Origin: Dicyema japonicum
Taxonomy: Eukaryota > Animalia > Dicyemida
Length of the DNA stretch: 64,000 nucleotides
Direction of reading: 5' to 3'
Assembly (NCBI GenBank): GCA_011109175.1
Contig: RDEW01000007.1
Span: 1,498,236 to 1,562,235 of the forward strand
The translations under genes and the position numbers were made by a program. Below are positions 39,785 to 54,207 of this stretch, piece after piece. The notes beneath the pieces were generated by a model that did not search any database, was not told the DNA's origin, and saw only the letters and a program-made list of their open reading frames with translations. Numbering within the stretch: the first letter of the stretch is position 1; each line of letters opens with the position of its first letter.

Positions 39785-42490
39785 CTTGTATCAATCGACG
39801 AATACATAAATCTATGAGTGTTGCTTCTGATAATAGCTTAAAATGACAATTATGAAAATACAAAAAAATAAGATCATTTAATAATTTTTACTGCAAATGC
39901 GTTAATATAAAAAACAGGAACATTATACAATAGAGGGATTTGATGGAACAGGAAATCATTAATTTTTAGATGGACAATAACATAGACTTTTTTTAAATAA
40001 AAATAGGTTAAATATTTATATTTCGTTTACAATGAATGGAAAATGAAAATAAAAAATATTAATTATTTAATCTTAAATAAAATTTTGGTGTTATTTTCAT
40101 CAATAATGGAAGATTGTTTGTATCAATCGACGAATACATAAATCTATGAGTGTTGCTTCTGATAATAGCTCAAAATGACAATTATGAAAATACAAAAAAA
40201 TAAGATCATTCAATATTTTTAATTCAAATTCGTTAATATAAAAAACTGGAACATCACACAATAGGGATTTGATGGAACAGGAAATCATTAATTTTTAGAT
40301 GGGCAATAACATAGACTTTTTTTTTTAATAAAAATAGGTTAAATATTTATATTTTGTTCACAATGAATGGAAAATGAAAATAAAAAATATTATTATTTAA
40401 TCTTAAATAAAATCTTGGTATTATTTTCATCAATAATGGAAGATTGCTTGTATCAATCGACGACTACATAAATCTATGACTGTTGCTTCTGATAATAGCT
40501 TAAAATGACAATTATGAAATACAAAAAAAGACATTTAATAATTTTTAATGCAAATTCGTTAATATGAAAAACATGAACACCATCAATTGAGGGATTTGAT
40601 GGAACAGGAAATCATTATTATTTTTAGAAGATAATAACATAGACTTTTTTTAGAAAAATAGGTTAAATATTTATATTTCGTTGACAATGAATGAAGAATG
40701 AAAATAAAAAATATTAATTATTTAATCTTAAATAAAATCTGGTGTTATTTTCATCAATAATGGAAGATTGCTTGTATCAATCGACGAATACATAAATCTA
40801 TGAGTGTAGCTTCTGATAATAGCTTAAAATGACAATTATGAAAATACAAAAAAATAAGATAATTTAATTATTTTTAATGCAAATTCGTTAATATAAAAAA
40901 CAGGAACATTATACAATTGAGGGATTTGATGGAACAGGAAATCATTAATTTTTAGATAGACAATAACATAGACTTTTTTCAATAAAAATAGGTTAAATAT
41001 TTATATTTTGTTCACAATGAATGGAAAATGAAAATAAAAAATATTAATTATTTAATCTAAAATAAAATCTTGGTGTTATTTTCATCAATAATGGAAGATT
41101 GCTTGTATCAATCGACGAATACATAAATATATGACTGTTGCTTCTGATAATAGCTTAAAATGACAATTATGAAATACAAAAAAATAAGATAATTTAATAA
41201 TTTTTAATGCAAATACGTTAATATGAAAAACAGGAACACCATACAATTGAGGGATTTGATGGAACAGGAAATCATTAATATTTAGAAGAGATAATAACAT
41301 AGACTTTTTTTTAAAAAATAGGTTAAATATTTATATTTCCTTACAATGAATGGAAAATGAAAATAAAAATATTAATTATTTAATCTTAAATAAAATCTTG
41401 GTGTTATTTTCATCAATAATGGAAGATTGCTTGTATCAATCGACGAATACATAAATCTATGAGTGTAGCTTCTGATAATAGCTCAAAATGACAATTATGA
41501 AATACAAAAAAAGATAATTTAATAATTTTTTACTGCAAATGCGTTAATATGAAGAACAGGAACACCATCAATTGAGATTTGATGGAACAGGAAATCATTA
41601 ATATTTAGATGGACAATAACATAGACTTTTTTTAATAAAAATAGGTTAAATAATTATATTTTGTTTACAATGAATGGAAAATGAAAATAAAAAATATTAA
41701 TTATTTAATCTTAAATAAAATCTTGGTGTTATTTTCTTCAATAATGGAAGATTGCTTGTATCAATCGACGAATATATAAATCTATGAGTGTTGCTTCTGA
41801 TAATAGATCAAAATGACAATTATGAAAATACAAAAAAATAAGATCATTTAATAATTTTTACTGCAAATTCGTTAATATGAAAAACAGGAACACCATCAAT
41901 AGAGGGATTTGATGGAACAGGAAATCATTAATTTTTAGATAGACAATAACATAGACTTTTTTTTTTTAATAAAATAGGTTAAAATATTTATATTTGTTAA
42001 CAATGAATGGAAAATGAAAATAAAATTAATTATTAATTAATGAAAAAAAATTATAATAAAATCTTGGTGATTTTCATCCATGGAAGATTGCTTGTATCAA
42101 TCGACGAATGCATAAATCTATGAGTGTTGCTTCTGATAATAGCTTAAAATGACAATTATGGAAATACAAAAAAAGATAAATTTTAATTTTTTACTGCAAA
42201 TGCGTTAATATGAAGAACAGGAACACCATCAATTGAGGGATTTGATGGAACAGGAATCATTAATTTTTAGATAGACAATAACATAGACTTTTTTTAAATA
42301 AAAATAGGTTAAATATTTATATTTCGTTCACAATGAATGGAAATGAAAATAAAAATATTAATTATTTAATCTTTAATAAAATCTTGGTGTTATTTTCATC
42401 AATAATGGAAGATTGCTTGTATCAATCGACGAATACATAATTCTATGAGTGTTGCTTCTGATAATAGCTTAATATAACAATTATGAAATA
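39785..42490. repeat. ~330-bp AT-rich tandem repeat, ~8 units
   Basis: Same marker at 39788, 40120, 40450, 40774, 41105, 41433, 41758, 42094 and 42419. Confidence 0.97.
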
Positions 42491-42678
42491 ACAAATATTT
42501 AGGATTCTTCGATATATTAAATTAATATATATATATATATTCAAGTGATTTGATTCATTCAAATGATAATTGACTGGTGTATTATATTTTTAACTGGATA
42601 CGCAAGTAAATCTTTATATGTAAACTTTAGGTTTCATACATATAGAGAATTTCGTTAATTCAAGTAGTGAGATTATAT

Positions 42679-43300
42679 CAAATGGTTCATTATTAATTAT
42701 TTTAAGAAACGATAATGCCAGCATATTCAAATGGTTCATTAATGGTTATTTTAAGAAACGACAATGCCAGTAAATTCAAATGGTTCATTAATGGTTATTT
42801 TAAGAAAAAATGCCAGCAAATTCAAATGGTTCATTAATGGTTATTTTAAGAAACGACAATGCCAGTAAATTCAAATGGTTTATTAATGGTTATTTTAAGA
42901 AAAAACAATGCCATCAAATTCAAATGGTTCATTAATGATTATTTTAAGAAATGACGATGCCAGCATCTTCAAATGGTTCATTAATGGTTATTTTAAGAGA
43001 CGATAATGCCAGCATCTTCAAATGGTTTATTAATGGTTATTTTAAGAAAAACAATGCCACCAAATTCAATTGGTTCATTAATGGTTACTTTAAGAAACGA
43101 TAATGACAGCATATTCAAATAGTTCATTATTAATTATTTAAGAAACGATAATGCCAGCATCTTCAAATGGTTCATTAATGGTTATTTTAAGAAATCGATA
43201 ATTCGATCATTTAGAATTTGTTCATTAATGGTTATTTTAAGATACGATGATGCCAGCATCTTCAATTGGTTCATTAATGGTTATTTTAAGATTCGACAAC
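42679..43300. repeat. 49-bp minisatellite, ~13 units
   Basis: Same unit as 10755-11525. Confidence 0.97.
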
Positions 43301-43789
43301 TGAATCAGACAGTATTTCTTGACTGTCCAAGATATTAATTAGTTTAATTCTGAGGTTTTGTTAAAAGGGAAAAATTTGGTTTCTTTATAGCAAAATAAAT
43401 TTAATATTTGATTATTTAGATATGTTAGCCTTTTTGTATTAATTTCCAATCATGTTGTTAAACACATTAAGCAAGTTTCTTGCATCTGTTGCTTTGGACC
43501 GCTTAGAGCATCCTGCAGGAAAATACCTGTGAACAAGCCATGCTGGCTACCTTGAACGAAGGACGACAACGGATATTGTGTAGAGCCATAGATGGCAGTC
43601 TGCAACAGCTCAAAGATATGAAAATGACACGACAATCCTTAGGATCGATATGTCAACCGTAATAACCGAAATTAAAAAAATGGATAACATCCTTTATGAA
43701 CTTTGCCCACATGCTAATAAGCTTAGATCCCTTATGGGAGACACAGAAGAAATAAATAAAAACACTTTCAGGAAGAGCAATGCAAAAAA

Positions 43790-44310
43790 CACAAAATGGA
43801 ATGGCTGAAAGGACTTATTATTAATATACTGATGCGCATGTTTAATGCATTTGTGAAACCAATACTATCATATTATGCTGGTACTGTTCATTTGCGGAAT
43901 CGATGGGTCTCGATACGTGGACCTGTTCAATTGCGGAATCGATGGCTCTCTATATGTTTTACACAAGACAGCTTAGAGTGTTATTTGGCATGCAGTGGCC
44001 CGCCAGGATCTCATATGCTGGAATTTATAAAAAATGCAAGAGCAGGTCTCTAAGCTCGGAAATCACTGACCTTCGGTGGAGATTGTTTGGACACATTCTG
44101 CGTATGGATCTCGCTGCCCCATCGATTGCGGCGATGGAAGACCACTTCAACTTGGCGGTTAACTATTTCCTTGACCGACCAAGGAAACCACACTCTATCA
44201 TACTGCACATAGACTTCCAATGGGTGAGGAAATGCCTCAAGACGGAGACGGTCTGGAAGAGCTGAGGTCGATTGCTTGTAACAGTGGAAGATGAAAGAGA
44301 CTAACTAATA
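43790..44310 (+). mobile_element. RTE-like LINE 3' fragment (copy B specific)
   Basis: MFNAFVKPILSY, RQLRVLFGMQWPARIS, RWRLFGHILRMD. Confidence 0.8.
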
Positions 44311-45228
44311 AGACTTTTTGACATTATCCAAAATTTGGACGTTTTTTGATTTTGTAACTTTCGTTTTATAGAATATTTTTGATTAAAAATCACATATTAG
44401 TAAGTTTTAAACAATTATAAGGAGTGTGAATTAAAAATTCAAGTCATCTTACGTTCTCCCAGAACTCTTGATAGTATTGGAATGTGATCCATATCTAAAT
44501 CATAATTGACGTCCGACGTGATTGTGTGAGAAATAGATATCAAGAGAGAGATCTGGCGAGGTTAAGGACTCGCCACTTCTGGATGGAGCTCAAATTTGTT
44601 TGTCCAGAAGATTATCGATTCGAAATGAATCCATTCCCTTTCCCACAAATAAGCCCTGGATAATTTCTTATGCAGGTAACCATAAATGATATCATTGAAC
44701 GTGTTCTTGAAGCTGGTGAGTTCTCTTCGTCATCGACCATGTTTGACTTTATCGTGGAAATTGGAGAAGATTAACAGGATTGAAATCTTTCCATTTACCA
44801 AAAACACTCTTTGTATGGTTACCTTGGTGATATCTTCCATGACGAAACGATGGAAAAAGTTAAATATATATATGGCGTGACCATCGATGCTAAATTCAAT
44901 AACAATTTATTTTAATAATTTCTAGGCACTAATAAAAGATTTCTGAGATATGAGAAGGGGGACAAAGGGAGACAGCCCACGTGGGTAAAAAATCAAAACT
45001 TGATTTTTAAACTGCTAATTTAAACACTCTTCTTTTAACAAGACTTATTTCAAGTTTCCTAAGTATTTTTAAATCAAAACTAGACAACTGAGTTATCGTG
45101 CCATATATATATATATATACATACAACATTAAGCATTAATAAGGATACAAGTCCGGGCTGTGGAGGTCAAAGAAACGACTAACGTCGTATGTTAAATAAT
45201 CGAAACTCGCTCCGCTGGAGATAGACCA

Positions 45229-45257
45229 TGTGCACGCGGAGCGTGCGCAGGTCTAGT
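45229..45257 (+). mobile_element. Probable Helitron-type 3' terminus
   Basis: GC-rich hairpin tgtgcacgc-gga-gcgtgcgca (45229-45249), then CTAG (45253-45256) and T; (TA)n tract at ~45103-45119 upstream. Confidence 0.55.
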
Positions 45258-48019
45258 ATTTTATTAAAGCTCGTGAATAATGTATAATTGGCCGCGTAGC
45301 AATTGTGGTTCGACAGAATAATATGCTAGATATGGAGGATGTCCAGTCGCCAAAATGCCTGAACAAAACAAGAGAAAGAGAACAACAAAAAACCCGTTCG
45401 GATGTTTTCTATCACCACGATCCATGCCAACCGGTTCCAGATATCACGGGAATCCAGCGCCTCAAAAGAACGCTTCACAACCTAGTTGATGGATTCATGC
45501 CCCGAAAACCGGTCACTGCTGAGATGGCAAAAGAGCGAGGAAATCCTTTGCAGTCCACTATAGATTCACAACGGCATGGATGAGGCTGGGACAGGTCAAT
45601 CCCGAGACAGATGGTTATCCCACTTCGGAGCGTGTCCTGTTCCATATGGAACCATTGACGATGATGAGAACGCGTTCAGCCATGCACTGCTGTGGGGGAA
45701 GAAACTGATAGAATGCAAGCCCGACGGTGAATGTTTTCCTTTTCCATAAGGGTAAAGTGAGCATTTTTGTCTTAATATTGGTCCTACTACTCGGCATAAA
45801 CTTTCTGAATTGAAACTAGACTTTCCCTTCTTCTTGATCATCTGTAAAATGAATTATTCCACGTCTAAATGAACATGTCTAAACTCTATGAGGAATTAAG
45901 TAAACTCCTTGACGTCTTCAATTATGGCACTCTATTTTTGAGTCCCTCAATTTCTTATACCACAAATGCTACCAATGCCTATTCAAATCAAATAATTCAC
46001 ATTTTTTTCAATAATTTTTGCCATTCAGTATTATATTCTTCTAGTATTAAATAGGGGTACCAAGACGCCATAGAATATGAATCGAATTAATTCCAGAGAT
46101 ATTAATAATTCATCCAATTTAAAGATTAGCCAATTAGCGAGAGTCGACTGAATTCAAAAAAAACAGAAACAACTTTATTAAACATAAATTCAGAGATAAA
46201 TGAGAGTTATTTAATTAATCCTGCCTCTATGCACTAGACAATTTGTCAGACAGTTACGTAATCACAGTTCTCGTAATCAAGGATTTTCTTAATTAATCGA
46301 TTTTTTTGCATTGGAAATCGGCAGACCAAGCAGGTTTCCATCCTCTTCATAAGTCCGAAGGAATCCTCATATGCGATTAAGTGTAGTTTTTTCGGTTAGT
46401 AGGGAATTCAACATCGGATTTTTTATTTTCTCAACACTGTACTTTGTCAACAATATCTTGTCTTAAATTTGAAGAAATTGATTAAAAAATTTATTCTAAA
46501 TAAATATAATTAAATTGTGATTTTTAAGAACTCTCATTTGCACAAGGCCTTAGCTAACAAGACATTTAAAGAAAATAGGTTAATCAAATTCAAAGAAATT
46601 AATAATGCTTAGACGGTTATGAGGCAACAACAAGATGAAAAGTAGTGGTGAAAATAAAATTCGACAATATGGATGTGAAAGGAAATTTATGTTAATGAAA
46701 CTGGAATTAAAAACTAGAAATAATAGTGATTATATGGTATACTCACCCAATCCAGTATTATTTGTTATAGGACATGTTTACCTCACCCCTGCCGAGAAGG
46801 CAATGATAGACTGCTATGGACTGCACCCTCTCGCCTGCAAGAGGAGCGCTGACAGATCTCCAAGGCACAAGGTTCTGAATGAGATTGTCAAGCGGGCTAT
46901 GGATGCTGCTGGATACTCGACCATTCTTGAACCGGTCGGGTTGTACAGAAATTACGGGAAACGACCGGACGGGATGACATTTTCTTTTTGAAGGCGACAG
47001 ACACGTTCGCCCAGAACAAAATTCACGAGTGCGCTTCAAGGGCCTTCTCTGCAGTAGTCAAAACGGAGGAAAACTAGAAATGAAATATATCACAAGTCGG
47101 AAGGATATGTTCACAATTACGAAGGAACCCATTATACTGTGGAGAAGCATATCAAGTCGGAAGGATTATTCACAATTACGAAGAAACCTATTGAAAGCGC
47201 AATAGACGAAGGGTCAAAATCTCTGGATATTCTCCAAGTTGGATCTGGTACCCACAACAATTGAATCCCTACATTCGAATCTGGGTCTACACGGAACTTT
47301 GTCATCCTCCGGACTTTGATCCCTACAGGACCTGGGACTATCGTAGATGTACATACTAGAGTTGGGACCTACCGGGGGGTACCCATATTAAATGTTCTTT
47401 ACATTCGAATTGGGTTCTACGCAAGACTTTGTTAACCATATTATTGGTCCCTAGAAGGCGGCTTGGGACTACTGTGGAAAAAACATACTGGGGAAGGGAC
47501 CTACTAAGGGAGAATTAACTGGAGATGGGCTTACTAGCTTTGTGCCTACTACGCTCCGGATATAAGGGCAGGATTCATGGGATCCAACACTAGAACGAAA
47601 TTCAACCAACGATAGAAGATTACTAAATGGAGTGTGGATACATCTGAAGTGTCCAGGCCGCATAGGTGGACACGTATAAATATCCTGCTTTTTTGTAGAC
47701 AAAAGTGAATTTTATAGGTAAAAATACAAAAATACTTTTTTGCTATTTTTAAAAAAAAATTATTTTTTCGGTTTCCCTACTTATTAGTAATTCTAATAGA
47801 TTCAACATAAGCAGAATCACAGCAAGATTGTGTTCATTGACTTTTTTTTAAAGATGATGTCTTCCTTAGTGACTAATTTGGCTGTCATTTAATTTTAAAA
47901 TAGCGTACACATTTCCAAATTGTGCCTTTGCCATTACATGTTCAAAAAAGTAAATATTGTCAAACCTCTTGAAAATATTATGATTAAAAGCACTTTCACA
48001 CTACTAATAACGTTTATAA

Positions 48020-50366
48020 TAACTAAGGTCCCGTTTGAGCCACACGTTTCAAATCTGCTTTACTAGGCGTATGCATCGCCGTCAACATTTCGCATCTGTG
48101 CTTAGATCTTTTAGGTCATCTGTATATTAAAGTTTTCTTTTAATTCCATTAAGATCCTTGTTCAGAGCCACGGGTAGAGTGACTCTGTGTTTTTTTCTGA
48201 ACGATCGTTTGTTCTCATTAATAAAGTAACTGTCCATTATTATATTTGCAAGAGCGTTTATGTCCATTCTATGCACGTGCCCAAACAGTCTCCTTTTTGA
48301 TTAAATAATGTCGATGCTTATTGGCCTCGTATTGTGCTACATGTATAAATCCTTATTTGAAATCTTCTTGGACAACTTAGGCTCAATAAATTGCGCAGTT
48401 GTTTTCGATAAAATATATCCATTTTCTTGAGCTCTGTAGTTCCCATGTGCTAAAGTTGTACATAAGCACCGGTTTTATATATGCGTTTTATAGTCTTATT
48501 CTTAGATTTGCTTGTTATTAGTTTTCGTCCACTTTATATATTCTGCATTTTCTTTTACATGGCAGTGGCTAGAAGTCTTCTATACATCATGTCTTCACTA
48601 TCACCAAGTAAGGATCCCAATTTCTTTTTCCCCAATTTTCATCAATATATTTTAATTCCCTTTGATTCTTATGTGTTCAGTCTTTATTGATTAACTCGCA
48701 AAGACCAATTCTTAAATTCTCCTGGGATTTTTTCTAAAGCAAGTCCGACTTCCAGATCATTTTCTGACACAAAATCTATGTCATCTGTATATATAATCTC
48801 CATCGGCATGCATTCATCACACTTTGTTCTAAAAGCTCTCAATCTCGGTTCCAGGTATACGACGAATAGAACCTGAGATAGAGAGTCTCCCTGATGTATT
48901 CCAACTGTTGTCCCAAAAGGCATCGATGTTTGTTCCCAACTCGTACAGTTAATTCAGTGTTTGATAATAAGAAACGGACAAGTCTTGTGTTATCCTCATC
49001 AAGAAAACTCGCAGCAACGTCCAACAATGTTTTTCTGTTGACAGTGTAATCGCACTGGATATGTCCCCTCCCAAAATCTTAAAATCACTTATGTGTCGTT
49101 GACACATGGCACATATCCACATGTGAGAACAAACAGCATCTAAGATCGAGCGTCCATTTCTGAATCACTCTGTTCCGGCTACATAAATTCTTAAACATCA
49201 GAAGATTTCCGACTAAGGGTTATCAGAGAATATATCTTCCTCAATGTTACCAGTAATATCACAGGTCTTAGATTTTTATAGGTCCTTTGATAATTCCTGG
49301 TTTATGCAGAGGAATCAAACTTCCATCACCAAATTTCAAGTGGGAATGCGTCTTAAATACCTTATTGGAAATCTTTTTAATGAGAGTTGTCAGTTAACCT
49401 GGTGCAAACTTGATCATTTCTTTATGTATGTTGTCTAATCCCATTGCCTTGTTGTTTAATTTAATGATTGTCAGATTAGTTTTCCTCTGTAAAGATCGTT
49501 AGATTCAGTCATCTTGGTGATTTCTCAAATGGCTCCAGATATAAGGTTTCATTTCAAAAGTCCTGAAAAATGTTCGGCAATAATCTCAGTTTTTTCTTTA
49601 TTATCCAATACATTTCTTTCTTGATTGTCATGAATACAAATATTCGTAGGTTAAACTTTTCTCTGCAACAGGCGAACTGCTCGAAACTTTTGCGTCTCGT
49701 TTCCCAATTTCTCAATTTCACTGACACGTTTGTCAATTTTCTTGAAATAAATTTTTTTCTTCCTCGTTCTAATCTCTTGATAATACGATTTCTTTCTCTT
49801 TTTAACTCTTTGTATGTATCATTATTTGTACATGATTCCATTCTCTGCCGCTTTTTTTTGTTTAATTGTGATCGATTTCGATCGATGACACTTTTATATC
49901 TGCCTGCCTCCTCTTTTCCCCAAGCATGTCGAAACTTGCCTTCTTTATTCCACCAACAGTAGCATTCCAAATCATTTCTATGTGATTTTCCATATGTATG
50001 TTTAAAATCTATTTCTTATTTTCCATCCACTAATCTTCATGCGTCGAGTCACATAAGCATAATTTTTCTACAATAAAAAGATTCAAATGAGCTCTCTTCT
50101 TCTTAGCTCCCTCTATTCCGAAAAATCTTTTCATTCTGAAACGTGCAACCAGCAGTTTATTATCACTATAAGTGATGGTACCTTCATAGCTTCTGGAGTC
50201 AGTTAGTAAAGGACGAAGAAATATTTTACACATAACATAATCAATCTGATTGTATATCCGGACATAGTCACCATTTCCATCTTTTCTGAGTCCAGTCCAC
50301 GTGGTCTTATGTCTCGCATTGTGGTCGAATGCAGAATTACAAATGAAGTAATCAAACATGTTACAA
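48020..50366 (-). mobile_element. RTE-like LINE, degenerate, copy B
   Basis: ORFs 50030-50359 (APE) and 48684-48923 (GIHQGDSLS, IIYTDDIDF); paralog of 15140-17490. Confidence 0.85.
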
Positions 50367-53300
50367 AATATGTCTCAGAATACTACTGAAATCGTCAAAA
50401 AAGACCTTACGGAACGTCACCGGGAAAAAGATGGCAAAGTCTTTTGACCATCCCCTCGGGCAGCACATCAAACTATATATGAGCGCCTTCCAGAGATATG
50501 AAAAGAAACCTACCCCGCTGTGGAGAATATTTCAGGACTCCAAAACAAACCGCAGGAAAATGACTGATGGACACCAGGATCACTTATTTAGACGATAACT
50601 TCTATCCTCTTTCTCGTGATTTCGGGGTTAATAAAATAACCGGTTTATTGTGCTTGACTAACACGAGGTACGAATAAAAATGTCTACCTTGATCTGGACC
50701 TTGGTATTCTCTACTTCAGATTGCATTTATGAGACCGCAACTTTCTGGTGTGGCGAATGATGTATTGCATAACGGGAGAAGAAGACTCATTACTACCTCA
50801 TTATGCATCTATAGTCATGGTAGTGATGGATCCGCACCGAGTGGCTAAATGATCAACCGACACGTTCTTTGACTTACAATGAGTACTTATATTTGTTGGT
50901 CGAATTCAAAATATTACAATGAGTACTTATATTTGTTGGTCGAATTCAAAACGCCTTCACATTTACTAGTCCACCATCATCAACACCATACATAGTATAC
51001 AAAAAGGTCTGATGGTGCCTAGGTGAGTGGCCCGTGTTTTTTCCGTCGTTATTATGGCGTGTTCCTAGACTTACTATCAGGATGTCGTGCATTCTCAATA
51101 AGGATACGCTTACTTAGTGGCTAATCAACACAGTTCACGACCAAATTTTTTCACCGTGTATAAGGTTCTCCTTATTGGATATGGTTTTCTCTCAATACTC
51201 CACAAATCCTAACATTCCATCTTTTCATAATCTTTAGACTCAAACTCCACAACAACTATGAGTAATTTAGCAGCAATATATCATACTTATTTAATGCAAG
51301 GAACAAATTCTTTGAATTTAGTAAAACTCTTGCATAACAATGGTGCTCTTCTATTATCTGTGGTGACTTCAATGCGAAGCACGCATTTTGGTTGACAGGG
51401 AACGACCGACGAACCCATGACAATAGGAGAAGATGCTAATTGAGGACCATTTACAGTTTATGTATATTCGACGATCCGGCTTCCCATACAAGAAACCCTA
51501 CTCGACGTAACGATAAACCTATATCCATTGACATTTCACTGTCAAAACCGTCTTTGTTCCCTCATATTGACTGGTCAGTAAAACATGACATCACTATTCA
51601 CAACAATAAATGACATTTGATTACTTTTGTATCTTTTCAATACATGGTTATCCAAAAATGGGATTTTCTTATTATTAGGGAGTTGAAGATATTACTAATA
51701 AGTACAAAGGTTCTGGTGATCTCCGTTTGCTGGTTATTCCAGAGTTTGTTTGCACTTTTATTGTTTATTAGTTATTTAGTTTTCAAAAAATTGATTTTTA
51801 AATTCTAAAATGATTTAATGGAGACAGACATCTCATATAAATTTGAAAAAAACATAAAATTACGTGTTGATATAGAAAACACGACAGGCAACCTCAAACT
51901 ATTTGAAAATTAGTGGTTTTATATATTTTTGTATAATTGTCCCTTAAGCTTTAAAAATAAAACTATCACACCAACATCTCTTGTCAGACCTATCCAACAA
52001 AGATGATTTTAGTCACTCTTCCAGTTGTAATGTTTCCATTAAATCCCTGGATGCACACTTTTTTTATCAAAAAGATAATTCACAGGATTTAAATTTGGTA
52101 AACTTGAGAAGACCGTCTATTTTGAAAAGAAGCAATGTAATTACTGTGGAAAACTGTACACATTAATAAGCCCAAGAAAGATATTGTTTCCAAGGATTTA
52201 TCTATGGAAACCTAAGAAGGATGTCTGCAAGATTTGAAGCATAATCTCTAAATTCACATCCCCGAACACAAGTTCACGTGTACAGTCTTGAAGTTTCATC
52301 TTGTCTGCAAAATCGACTACCCAAATCAAAGCGTCTGTTTTCTGAAAATAATTCCTCCAATATGAACGGATTGACTTTTGTCCCCCAACATCCCATACGT
52401 TGAGCTTGAAGCCGTTGCATCGATGATGATTATGTTAAAGCCCAAGGTAGGAGCCACATTGTCGATGGACTGATTGCAAAAGTTCTTCTCTCAAGCCTAC
52501 AGTCTATAGAACATCCCTGCCACTCCTATGCAAACCGCAAAACAAAGGAAAATTATTATGACAATCAGTGACCTCTCCCGTATGTTATTATCCATTCCTT
52601 CCATCTCCAATGACAAGAGTCGTCTGAAACTTTTTACGAGAAGCATCCGAAGACTCGGAGACAATAAAATATTACAGCGACCTCCCCCTCCAATAGACCA
52701 ATCAAAATGCTCTCTTTCAAGGACGTGCGAGTAAACCTGGCTCGTCTACGATGTGGGCACCACCCATATCTACCAACATATGATATACTCTGCCCCTTTT
52801 GCAACCTCCACGTGCTGACAACAAATCACCTATTTCAATGTCATGAATTGGCACAGCGTTTCTCCACATTGCCGGAACTAACCGATCAATGGGAGTGACT
52901 AACATCTGCTGCGTCATACTTAATAGCTGCTGGCTTCCTACAAAGTTAGTGAGGCTGGGGTTACTTAACTAACTAATTATTTGTTTATAGGAATTTTTCT
53001 ACTACAACTATTATCAATTCTCTATATTATCTCTCCAATAGACCGAATCGAAAAATTGAGAGGATTTCTTGAAGTACATTGATCTATAAGGTCACTCTTT
53101 TGTCGAATCAGATATTTTCTTGTATATTTTAAACAGTAACCCTTACGAGACGTATTTGGTGATATTGGACACTATCTTCCCTCATCTTACAATTGCCGAA
53201 AAATGTGTGTAAAAATAATTACAGAGTCAGCTTGACAGAATTAAACTATTTTTGATGTTCTGCATGTCTTTAGTATTATGTTAATATAGAGGTATATGGC

Positions 53301-54207
53301 AAATTAATAAAGAAGAAAGAAACACACTTCATAATAAAAGAGGTTGCTGAACACATTCAGAAATTGAATTTCGATTATGTGGAATCGGGAAGTATTTATT
53401 AAACCCTGGCTTGCTATATTTGATAACCCCAGCAGAAACAGCCATAACTATTAATCCAAGGAGGGGATTCAAAGAGAACCTCTGCTTTGCTGACCAAATC
53501 TATACTCTAATATTACATTACAGGCTTCTGCTTAAGAAGAGAGGTGAAGTAGGTCCGCCCTGTTCTATTATCATCGCAGGTCCTACCGTCAAGGAGATGA
53601 TCACTATATTCTGCAGCGGAAAAGTTTTTTATTCAAAATGTAATCTTCACCAGAGGAGTTGGTCAGGGGGAAGGTAGGACCCATGGTATTTTATACTTTC
53701 CCTTTATCAAATACTCATTCCTCACTGATCTTGACATACAAATGCAGATCTCATCCCTTTATACGCTATTTTCTCATTCACAATCACCATCATTGATTTT
53801 AATATTTTCTCATTCAACTCTTACGGAAAACAAACTTTAGAGCCGATCTCCTCATCTTTTCCAAAATCAAATAATTCTCTCCTTAGAAAAGGAAACCACC
53901 TCTCACATCAATATAAGACTGTTGGCAGTGATTCCTTGAAATCTAAAAAATATTTCACCGAATCTTGAACCTTTAAATACACAGCTTCAAAAAAGTTTTC
54001 TTTCTGGTTTTAAAATCTTCACTGTAATAGTCGCCTTTGTGTCCAATACCCAAATAGCAAACTAGTTCCACATTTTCTGCATTATTAAGCCATCTTTGCC
54101 ATTTTAATTGTCGTATGTGATAGCGTCGTGGCTGATGAGACTGTCCGGGATGATAAGACAAATTTATCACTTGAAAACATTAACAACCACTAAGTTTTTT
54201 TCGAAAG

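Noticed and set aside
40100-41300. Short ORFs inside satellites (also 11132-11377)
   Set aside because: Frames are not kept between repeat units; these are chance ORFs.
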